Shown here: in pieces, positions 1-6,493 of the stretch
Layout of the letters: each line of letters opens with the position of its first letter
How positions within the stretch are numbered: position 1 is the first letter of the stretch
IMG/VR virus record: IMGVR_UViG_3300045988_010493
Span: 1-12,540 of that record
Direction: 5' to 3' (one strand)
DNA from: a virus
DNA length: 12,540 nt
Translations under genes and position numbers: made by a program
The notes under the pieces: model-generated
Databases searched by the model: none
What the model was told of the DNA's origin: nothing
What the model saw: the letters and a program-made list of their open reading frames with translations, nothing else

Positions 1-72
1 GTGGTGGACACGTAGCATCACCACATGTCCACCACCTGAATACACTGTTTACTTTGCCGTGCTAAAGTTACG
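1..72. repeat. Left inverted terminal repeat (72 bp)
   Basis: Positions 1-72 equal the reverse complement of 12469-12540 except at positions 56 and 60, and the first 55 nt are identical. It starts with GTGGTG and contains a 10-bp inverted repeat, GTGGTGGACA (1-10) and TGTCCACCAC (26-35). Confidence 0.95.
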
Positions 73-145
73 AGGACAACTGCCCATATGGGACGAACAA
101 TTAGTATCACTTATGATAATATAAGTTTATATAAAAAACTGATAC

Positions 146-174
146 TTGTAATGTTTATATGAATGTGATAACAT
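146..174 (+). promoter_or_regulatory. Candidate early promoter (extended -10 type)
   Basis: TTGTAA (146-151), a 17-nt spacer, then TAACAT (169-174) preceded by TG at 166-167 (TGnTAACAT). An A/T-rich tract (126-139) lies upstream. It sits in the only sizeable AT-rich noncoding stretch, upstream of the first SD-led ORFs. A second extended -10-like element, TGaTAATAT, lies at 114-122 with a poor -35. Confidence 0.4.
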
Positions 175-203
175 AGCATCATCAAAGGAACGGAGGTGTG
201 ACA

Positions 204-275
204 ATGTGGTATAAACTGTACGTTCGCGTGGGCCTTGCCGCTGATCTTATCATAAACGAAAAGGTTACAATTTGA
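204..275 (+). CDS. Mini-ORF, 23 aa (MWYKLYVRVGLAADLIINEKVTI), hypothetical
   Basis: ATG at 204 is preceded by GGAGG (192-196). It uses the same GGAGGTGyrACAATG initiation cassette seen at 305-319 and 513-526. It is too short to assess coding potential. Confidence 0.25.
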   Translation: MWYKLYVRVGLAADLIINEKVTI

Positions 276-316
276 GCGATTGCGAACAGAGATGGATAAA
301 ATATGGAGGTGCAACA

Positions 317-727
317 ATGACTTTGAAAGATTTGTATTTTGCCAATTCCGCGTGGGAATTGAACACGATGCTAACAGTCAAGATTAGAACGGCAGGGGCG
401 GTATGGCCTATTATGAAAGACACTATTTCCCAGTTGCCTAAAAATGTTATAATGAGCGAGGTTGTTTGTTTTAACCGAGACTTTGTTATTGTGAATGACC
501 TAACTAATTATGGAGGTGTAACAATGGATCAATACAGGATGATTAACGGGCAGCTGTATAATCTACATCATACGGCAACGGCTGCGGGGTATATTAGTCG
601 GAAAGTCCCGGAGAAATTGGAGGAGTACAAAGGGAGGTTTGGCATAGGCTACAAGGTTCACCGCCCCCGCTTTGACACCACAAACTATCATTATGTTGAT
701 TATTATATTGAGGAGGTTACATCATGA
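317..727 (+). CDS. Hypothetical early protein, 136 aa, with a possible in-frame internal start at 524 giving a 67-aa product
   Basis: ATG at 317 follows GGAGG (305-309). The TTG at 272 in the ORF track has no SD. The C-terminal half (MDQYRMINGQLYNLHHTATAAGYISRKV...GRFGIGYKV...TNYHYVDYYIEE) resembles, from memory, a small conserved protein of Firmicutes phages of unknown function. Confidence 0.7.
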   Translation: MTLKDLYFANSAWELNTMLTVKIRTAGAVWPIMKDTISQLPKNVIMSEVVCFNRDFVIVNDLTNYGGVTMDQYRMINGQLYNLHHTATAAGYISRKVPEKLEEYKGRFGIGYKVHRPRFDTTNYHYVDYYIEEVTS

Positions 728-849
728 GAGTTTTAGTTGCTTGTGAGGAAAGCCAGCGGGTGGAAAGCTGGTGGGTACGCATGACGGTGCATAAGGACTG
801 CTGGAGAGAGCTGTGCAAGAGCATTGCGGAAAAGAAGGAGGAAAAGTAA
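724..849 (+). CDS. Hypothetical small protein, 41 aa (MRVLVACEESQRVESWWVRMTVHKDCWRELCKSIAEKKEEK)
   Basis: ATG at 724 overlaps the upstream stop (ATGA). GAGGAGG lies at 710-716. The ORF is below the length cut-off of the ORF track and fills an otherwise empty gap. Confidence 0.55.
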   Translation: MRVLVACEESQRVESWWVRMTVHKDCWRELCKSIAEKKEEK

Positions 850-1146
850 ATGGACGCTGTGAAATTTATTGAGGAGCGGAACAGAATGTGCGGTACCACG
901 AGTGAGGTGTGGGGCGTGGATGCGGCACAAATTGTGAAGAACACCGAAGAGTGGTCTGCCGCACACCCCCGCAGGACACGGCAGGACGTGTTTCTGGAGC
1001 AGTACCCGGAGGCGGAAATTAACGAACGTGGGGACTTGATGCTATGCCCAAGGCGCATTTCCGTTGATTTTCGGAGCAGATACGCGAATTGTACAAGGAT
1101 GTGTTCCGACTGCCGCCGCGAGTTCTGGATGCAGGAGGTGGAGTGA
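850..1146 (+). CDS. Hypothetical Cys-rich early protein, 98 aa
   Basis: AAGGAGG (834-840) lies 9 nt upstream of the ATG. The C-terminus reads LCP...C...CSDCRREFWMQEVE, a Cys cluster suggesting metal binding. Similar C-terminal motifs occur in small Firmicutes prophage proteins (from memory). Confidence 0.7.
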   Translation: MDAVKFIEERNRMCGTTSEVWGVDAAQIVKNTEEWSAAHPRRTRQDVFLEQYPEAEINERGDLMLCPRRISVDFRSRYANCTRMCSDCRREFWMQEVE

Positions 1147-1304
1147 TGGGAATTTTGAAAATTGTTTTCCCGCTGCTGATGGTAGCCGGTGCGCTGGGCA
1201 GTTTGGTGGTAAATATCGCCAGCAAGGGGGACTGGGCTACCAGTTTGCAATGGCTGGGCGCGTGTATCCTGTATACTGCGCTGACAGTGCGAAATATGAG
1301 CTGA
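1146..1304 (+). CDS. Small membrane protein, 52 aa, two hydrophobic segments
   Basis: ATG at 1146 overlaps the upstream TGA (TGATG coupling). AGGAGG lies at 1132-1137. The sequence MGILKIVFPLLMVAGALGSLVV...LQWLGACILYTALTV predicts two transmembrane helices. The 1089 start in the ORF track lacks an SD. Confidence 0.6.
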   Translation: MGILKIVFPLLMVAGALGSLVVNIASKGDWATSLQWLGACILYTALTVRNMS

Positions 1305-1317
1305 GGGAGTGCTGACA

Positions 1318-1491
1318 ATGTCCGAATACATTGACAAGGAAGCGTTTAAGAAAAGCGTCGAGGAGCGTTATTGCAAGCCGTGCAAGGCGGAGGGAAAAGA
1401 CCACAACGGATGCTGGTGTCGTGCCTGTTGGGTTGACGATATGCTCGATGAGGTAGATTGTTTCAATCCCATTTGCCCTGTGTGGCGATGA
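1318..1491 (+). CDS. Hypothetical Cys-rich (zinc-ribbon-like) small protein, 57 aa
   Basis: ATG at 1318 lies 9 nt after GAGGGAG (1303-1308). The motif is CKPC-x10-CWCRAC plus C-x5-C near the C-terminus. Confidence 0.65.
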   Translation: MSEYIDKEAFKKSVEERYCKPCKAEGKDHNGCWCRACWVDDMLDEVDCFNPICPVWR

Positions 1492-1509
1492 TGGTCGGAG
1501 GTGAACACG

Positions 1510-2034
1510 ATGGCCTATAAACCATATCGTAATTTTAAGTGGCCGATATCCACCTATTGGCCCGGTGCTTTGGCCAAACGATCTGAAAAGGAGCTGCGAC
1601 AGGAATACGCCAGATTACGAGCAGTTGCACAGAAGTCAATACAGCGTTTAGGTAAAAGCGAGTTTGCCGGTGGTGCAACATACCGCAATGCTGTGGGGCG
1701 GTTTAAGACGACCAAAAGCATTACAGATAAGCGGGAGCTGTCCATGGCCCTTGTGGATGTATCCCGTTTTTTATCAGCAAAAGGATCATCTGTCAGCGGT
1801 CTTAAAGAGATTAGGGCAGAACAGGTCAACACATGGCAGAATCAGTATGGATATGATTTTGTAAATGCTGCTAATTATTCCGCATGGGTGGAGTTTCTGG
1901 AGGTAATGCGAGATTCCGTTGGTTTTATTTACCAGAAAGTACGGAATCGCCGGTATGTGAATATAGCAGATTCACAGGCCAGAAAAGCAGAAATTGAACA
2001 GAAGTTTCAAAAGTTTTTACAGAACAGGAGTTGA
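1510..2034 (+). CDS. Candidate terminal (priming) protein, 174 aa
   Basis: The gene lies immediately upstream of the protein-primed PolB gene, which is the canonical position. GGAGG (1496-1500) lies 9 nt upstream of the ATG at 1510. The basic N-terminal segment ELRQEYARLRAVAQKSIQRL recalls the KAEYARLVKNTKAKIAR segment of phi29 TP as I remember it. No priming residue can be assigned. Confidence 0.45.
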   Translation: MAYKPYRNFKWPISTYWPGALAKRSEKELRQEYARLRAVAQKSIQRLGKSEFAGGATYRNAVGRFKTTKSITDKRELSMALVDVSRFLSAKGSSVSGLKEIRAEQVNTWQNQYGYDFVNAANYSAWVEFLEVMRDSVGFIYQKVRNRRYVNIADSQARKAEIEQKFQKFLQNRS

Positions 2035-2038
2035 TAAT

Positions 2039-2107
2039 ATGTGGTTTTTTCTTGCGATTCTCGGCACTTGCTTGATTTTCTATAAATTTGGAAAGGGGGA
2101 ATGGTGA
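2039..2107 (+). CDS. Hydrophobic mini-ORF, 22 aa (MWFFLAILGTCLIFYKFGKGEW), a possible leader peptide upstream of the polymerase
   Basis: AGGAG (2026-2030) lies 8 nt upstream of the ATG at 2039. The stop TGA (2105-2107) overlaps the next ATG at 2107 (TGATG). Confidence 0.3.
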   Translation: MWFFLAILGTCLIFYKFGKGEW

Positions 2108-2218
2108 TGATCTACGATACCATAACTTTTCCCGTTTTCGGAGTTTGCTAAAATCAGGCCGGAGAAACGAAAGACAGGCAATCCGGCCAGCAGAAGCAAG
2201 AAGCGATATCTTGATATC

Positions 2219-4105
2219 GTGACGGCCTTTGATATTGAAACAAGTAAGCTGCCTGAACACGATCAGTCGTTTATGTATATCTGGCAATGGCATTTTGACG
2301 GTATAGGCACAGTCATTGGCCGGACGTGGCGGGAGCTGCACCGGTTTATAGAACGGCTGGCGCGGATCATAGGAGACGAGTATACATTAGTTGTACTGGT
2401 ACATAATCTGTCCTATGAGTTCCAATTTCTTCGCACAATTTACGACTTTACGTCTGATGACGTATTTGCATTAGATCGCCGCAAAGTGTGTAAATGCACC
2501 ATGTATGACAAAGCGCTTGAATATCGTTGTACCTATATACATAGCAATATGTCTCTGGCAGCATACACTAAAAAATTTAATGTGCAGCATCAAAAGCTAT
2601 CCGGTGACGAGTTTGACTATAAGGTGGTGCGCTATCCGTGGACACCGCTTGCAGATCGCGAGCTGGAATACTGCTATAATGATGTCATTGGCCTTGTGGA
2701 AGCCTATAAAGCGGAAATGGAAATGGACGGCGACAATCTTGCTTCCATGCCGTTAACATCAACAGGATATGTCCGGCGAGACGTAAAGCGGGCTATGCGG
2801 GTATGTGGGACAAAGCGCGTATTGGAAGCACAGCCAAATTTGGTAGTTTACCAGCTTTTGAAAGAGGCGTTTCGAGGCGGCGACACCCACGCGAATAGGT
2901 TTTACACCGGGAAGATCATTGCCAATGTGAAAAGCGCGGATAGATCATCGTCATATCCTGACGTGTTGGTGAATTGTAAATTCCCGTTGACAGAGTTTCG
3001 CCCGGCAGGTGGATTGACAATTTCGAATCTGATAAAGGCCAAACGGGCGTTTCTGTTCAGGGCAAAATTTACCGGTTTCCGGCTGCGCGATCCGTACTGG
3101 GGTTTTCCGTATATATCCCGGTCAAAGTGTCGCCAGATCATGAATCCCTATGCGGATAACGGCAGAATTTTAAGTGCTGACTATCTGGAAACGACTTTGA
3201 CGGATGTTGACTGGAAAATTGTCAAGAAGCAATACATATGGGATAGGGTGGAGGTGACAGACCTATATTATAGCAGATATGGGTACTTGCCTAATCCGCT
3301 GGTTACAACCTGTATCGAGTATTACCGCGACAAAACAACGCTGAAAGGAGCGCCAGAGGGCAGCTATGAAGCCATGCTATATGGCAAGAAAAAAGCTTTG
3401 CTAAATAGCATCTATGGCTGCATGGCACAAGATCAGTGTAAACAGGGTATCATTTTTGACGGCCAGAATTTTTTAATAGACGATAAGCCTATTACGGAGC
3501 TGCTGGACAAAAACAGTAAAAGAGCCTATCTATGTTATGCGTGGGGTGTCTGGATCACCGCATGGGCACGATTGCGATTACAGGAGGGTTTGGAGCTGGC
3601 CGGTGATGGTGCTATCTACTGTGATACAGATAGCGTTAAGTACGTTGGAGATGTCGACTGGACGGCTTACAATACAAAGCGTATAAAAGCATCTACAAGG
3701 TCAAGCGCTTACGCTGATGATCCAGCCGGGGAGCGTCATTACATGGGTGTTTTTGAATACGAGGGCTTATATGATGAGTTTAAGACACTCGGCGCAAAGA
3801 AGTACGCATATACCCAAAATGGGGATTTGCATATAACAATTTCCGGCGTTGAAAAAAAGAAAGGAGCGGAGGAGTTAAAAGCTGCCGGAGGACTTGAAGC
3901 CTTTAAGGAAGGTATGGTTTTTATAAAAGGAGGTGGAACAGAAAGCATTTATAATGACGATACACCGCGCAGCACGATACAGATAGACGGTCATGATCTG
4001 GAAATAGGGCCTAATATCTGCATCAAAGACAGCACATATACAGTCGGTCTGACTGCCGACTATTTAAGAGTGCTGGAAAAACCTGACAGAATTTATTGTG
4101 TTTAA
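2219..4105 (+). CDS. Family B DNA polymerase, protein-primed type (phi29/PRD1-like); the N-terminal boundary is uncertain
   Basis: ExoI is FDIET (aa 4-8). ExoII is HNLSYEFQF (aa 62-70). ExoIII is YCYNDV. Motif A is DRSSSYPD (nt 2939-2962). Motif B is KKKALLNSIYG (nt 3386-3418). Motif C is YCDTDS (nt 3617-3634). The KxY motif is GAKKYAY. The GTG at 2219 is the first canonical start but has no SD, and the frame is open back to 2126. Confidence 0.95.
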   Translation: MTAFDIETSKLPEHDQSFMYIWQWHFDGIGTVIGRTWRELHRFIERLARIIGDEYTLVVLVHNLSYEFQFLRTIYDFTSDDVFALDRRKVCKCTMYDKALEYRCTYIHSNMSLAAYTKKFNVQHQKLSGDEFDYKVVRYPWTPLADRELEYCYNDVIGLVEAYKAEMEMDGDNLASMPLTSTGYVRRDVKRAMRVCGTKRVLEAQPNLVVYQLLKEAFRGGDTHANRFYTGKIIANVKSADRSSSYPDVLVNCKFPLTEFRPAGGLTISNLIKAKRAFLFRAKFTGFRLRDPYWGFPYISRSKCRQIMNPYADNGRILSADYLETTLTDVDWKIVKKQYIWDRVEVTDLYYSRYGYLPNPLVTTCIEYYRDKTTLKGAPEGSYEAMLYGKKKALLNSIYGCMAQDQCKQGIIFDGQNFLIDDKPITELLDKNSKRAYLCYAWGVWITAWARLRLQEGLELAGDGAIYCDTDSVKYVGDVDWTAYNTKRIKASTRSSAYADDPAGERHYMGVFEYEGLYDEFKTLGAKKYAYTQNGDLHITISGVEKKKGAEELKAAGGLEAFKEGMVFIKGGGTESIYNDDTPRSTIQIDGHDLEIGPNICIKDSTYTVGLTADYLRVLEKPDRIYCV

Positions 4106-4121
4106 GAAAGGATTTATTATC

Positions 4122-4481
<360 letters not shown>

Positions 4482-4483
4482 CA

Positions 4484-5503
4484 ATGGGACTATATCTGCA
4501 TAGCGGCTATGTAGATATCCCGTGGGTGCTGTCCGGGCACCTGCCATTTGTAATAATGGTGGGTGGCCGCGGCACCGGTAAAACTTTCGGTGTGTTGGAA
4601 TATTTCCGGCAATCGGCGGTTGATACCGGTAAGCGGTTTATCTACCTGCGCCGTCGCCCTGATGAGACGCGAACAACGGGCATACCGGAGTTGTCGCCGT
4701 TCAAGATGCTGGACGAATACCACGGCTACAACACATTAACAAAAAAGATGGGTAAGGACTGTTACGGCTTTATTGATGAGGAGACACAGAAGCTTATAGG
4801 TTATAGTATGGCTTTGTCCACCTTTGCAGATGTCCGCGGTATTGATGCGTCAGACGTACAGGCAATCATTTTTGACGAGTTTATACCGGAACGACACCGC
4901 AGGCCGATAAAGGACGAAGCAGCAGCATTTTTTAACGCTGTGGAGACGGTCAACCGTAACCGTGAGCTGTTCGGCGAACCGCCTGTACAATGTGTGCTGC
5001 TATCCAATGCTAACTTGATGGGTAATCCTATATTTCTGGAATTGGGTATTGTCGGCAGGGCTGTCAAAATGTATAAATCAAAAACGGAGATTTATAAAGA
5101 CGCGGAACGCGGTTTGTTTCTGGCAATTTTGCAGCGTTCCCCCATTTCTGAAAAGAAAAAGGAAACAGCCCTGTACAAGTTGACAGCCGGTACAGGTTTT
5201 GCGGCTATGGCAGTTGACAACGATTTTTCAGAGGAATGCACCAATCCCAGAACGGCGGTGTTGAAAGAGCTGCGGCCAATTTCCAGCGTGGGCGAAATTA
5301 CCATTTACCGCCACAAATCGGAAAAATGGTTATTTGTCTCAAGCCATAAGTCAGGATCGCCGGAGGAATACAGCAGCGGGTCTATTGATCTATCGCGCTT
5401 CCGTATCCGGTATAGTTGGCTTGTGTCAGCCTATTTTTACAAACAAGTATTTTTTGAAGATTTTCTGTCCGAGCTTTTATTCAAAAAGTACATGGATTTG
5501 TGA
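4484..5503 (+). CDS. DNA encapsidation (packaging) ATPase, phi29 gp16-like
   Basis: Walker A is GGRGTGKT (nt 4562-4585). Walker B is IIFDE (nt 4865-4879). Blockwise resemblance to phi29 gp16 as remembered: FVIMVGGRGTGKTF vs FVIGARGIGKSY, FIYLRRR vs FIYVRRY, AVETVNRNRE vs LMDTVFRNRE, LLSNANLMGNPIF vs CLSNAVSVVNPYF. The size, 339 aa, is close to 332 aa. Confidence 0.9.
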   Translation: MGLYLHSGYVDIPWVLSGHLPFVIMVGGRGTGKTFGVLEYFRQSAVDTGKRFIYLRRRPDETRTTGIPELSPFKMLDEYHGYNTLTKKMGKDCYGFIDEETQKLIGYSMALSTFADVRGIDASDVQAIIFDEFIPERHRRPIKDEAAAFFNAVETVNRNRELFGEPPVQCVLLSNANLMGNPIFLELGIVGRAVKMYKSKTEIYKDAERGLFLAILQRSPISEKKKETALYKLTAGTGFAAMAVDNDFSEECTNPRTAVLKELRPISSVGEITIYRHKSEKWLFVSSHKSGSPEEYSSGSIDLSRFRIRYSWLVSAYFYKQVFFEDFLSELLFKKYMDL

Positions 5504-5510
5504 AAAAAAA

Positions 5511-5539
5511 TTGACAAATGTGCATGGCTGGTATACAAT
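5511..5539 (+). promoter_or_regulatory. Near-consensus sigma-A/sigma-70 promoter for the lysis and structural operon
   Basis: TTGACA (5511-5516), an exact 17-nt spacer, then TACAAT (5534-5539), in the intergenic gap after the ATPase stop, with an A-tract immediately upstream. Confidence 0.75.
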
Positions 5540-5542
5540 AAA

Positions 5543-5621
5543 GGTGGTAGTGGCAGCGGCCATGCACAGCCCCGGAAGGGCGGCCATGCGCGGGTGCAGC
5601 GCACGAGCTGTCATTACCACC
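5543..5621 (+). ncRNA. GC-rich structured RNA element (79 nt), either a leader or a small RNA of unknown function
   Basis: A 15-bp closing helix pairs 5543-5557 (GGTGGTAGTGGCAGC) with 5607-5621 (GCTGTCATTACCACC), including 2 G-U pairs. The 49-nt interior is about 75% G+C by hand count and holds local hairpins (5569-5581 and 5588-5602) and an 8-nt direct repeat, GGCCATGC (5558-5565 and 5582-5589). It begins a few nt after the predicted transcription start and ends 13 nt before the holin SD. Confidence 0.45.
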
Positions 5622-5649
5622 AAACCTATTTTATAAGGAGGATGAAATT

Positions 5650-5847
5650 ATGGACACTAATGCAGTCATTCAGCTGGTCAGCACCCTGGGTTTTCCTATT
5701 GTCTGCTGCGGTGCGCTCTTCTGGCGTATGATTAAATCTGACGAGCAGCACAAGGCAGAAATGGACAAGTTTTCGGAGGCCCTGAACAACAACACCGTTG
5801 TTATGACACGTCTGTGTGAAAGGATGGGCGATGATGGCCACATTTAA
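5650..5847 (+). CDS. Putative holin or holin-like single-pass membrane protein, 65 aa (YvrJ/BhlA-like)
   Basis: AAGGAGG (5635-5641) lies 8 nt upstream. The N-terminal hydrophobic helix VIQLVSTLGFPIVCCGALFW is followed by a charged helical tail. The gene is immediately upstream of, and overlaps, the endolysin gene. Confidence 0.55.
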   Translation: MDTNAVIQLVSTLGFPIVCCGALFWRMIKSDEQHKAEMDKFSEALNNNTVVMTRLCERMGDDGHI

Positions 5848-6493
5848 TAATATCAAAATCGCCGTCAGTCCGTCCGACCAGTACAGGAACCTGTACGCCT
5901 ACGGTGACACAAACGAGGGCTACCAGATGCACCGTGTAGCAGAAAAGCTGGTGGAGCATCTTTTACGCTGCGGTGTTGATGTTGTGTATCTGCCCAGCGG
6001 GTATCTGTCAGATCGTGTCAGGAAAGCAAACATGGCCCATGTAGACGGTTATATTGCTCTTCATAGCAACGCTTTTGACGGGTCTGTACAGGGAATCCGG
6101 GTGCATTGTTACCCGTCCGACAAAAGCCGGAAATTTGGAAAGCGCATCATGGATGCACTTGATACGGTGTATGATGGGTCTACCAAATCCAAAATCGTGG
6201 AGACTGATAGCCTGTATGAGCTGAAATACCCGGCTGCACCGGCAATTCTGCCGGAAATTGGTTTTCACGACAATGATGACGATGCTAAATGGATTGTCAA
6301 CCACGTTGACCAGATCGCCGAAGCGCTGGCAAAAGGCATCTGTGAGTATTTCAAAATTTCGTATGTTGCACATGAAACAATCATGTATCATGTGCAGGTT
6401 GGAGCATTTGAGAAGCGGGAAAACGCGGAAAAGATGCTTGCGACTGTGAAACAGGATTACCCGAATGCTTTTATTAAGGAGGTGAGAACATGA
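5831..6493 (+). CDS. Endolysin: N-acetylmuramoyl-L-alanine amidase (Amidase_3/MurNAc-LAA type) with a C-terminal SPOR domain
   Basis: Amidase_3-like blocks are present: E..Y.MH.VAEKL, RVRKAN...VDGYIALHSNAF, G..V.CY, LYELKYPAAPAILPEIGFHDNDDD and IAEALAKGICEYF. The C-terminal YHVQVGAFEKRENAEKMLATVKQDYPNAFIKEV is a typical SPOR signature. The ATG at 5831 follows AAAGGA, and the GTG at 5816 is an alternative start. Confidence 0.85.
   Translation: MMATFNNIKIAVSPSDQYRNLYAYGDTNEGYQMHRVAEKLVEHLLRCGVDVVYLPSGYLSDRVRKANMAHVDGYIALHSNAFDGSVQGIRVHCYPSDKSRKFGKRIMDALDTVYDGSTKSKIVETDSLYELKYPAAPAILPEIGFHDNDDDAKWIVNHVDQIAEALAKGICEYFKISYVAHETIMYHVQVGAFEKRENAEKMLATVKQDYPNAFIKEVRT

Noticed and set aside
13-181. 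The 8-mer TAGCATCA shared by the ITR (13-20) and the early promoter region (174-181)
   Set aside because: A single 8-nt match in 12.5 kb is within chance expectation, and there is no supporting context.
717-1337. 206-aa minus-strand ORF, together with other long minus-strand ORFs at 6008-6514, 6993-7460, 7596-8240, 11147-11767 and 1925-2341
   Set aside because: All lie antisense to plus-strand genes that have strong SDs and recognisable motifs. They lack SD sequences and have Ser/Arg/His/Cys-rich shadow-ORF composition. They are most likely antisense artefacts.
2505-2756. Short plus-strand ORFs nested in other frames of large genes (2505-2756, 6258-6449, 6937-7215, 7225-7485, 9050-9259, 9508-9723, 11676-11891, 1064-1315, 1664-1864)
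   Set aside because: They are embedded out of frame in genes with clear homology or motifs, have no SD sequences and have skewed composition. They are treated as non-coding.
5543-5621. Whether the structured element is a tRNA or an intrinsic terminator
   Set aside because: A 15-bp closing helix and the absence of a cloverleaf or T-loop motif are incompatible with a tRNA. The T-run (5628-5632) begins about 6 nt after the helix and is interrupted, so it is not a canonical terminator.
5334-5636. 100-aa plus-strand ORF overlapping the ATPase 3' end and running through the promoter and structured region
   Set aside because: It is out of frame within a well-supported ATPase gene and has no SD. 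Its tail is simply the GC-rich structured element read as protein (Ala/Arg/Gly-rich).
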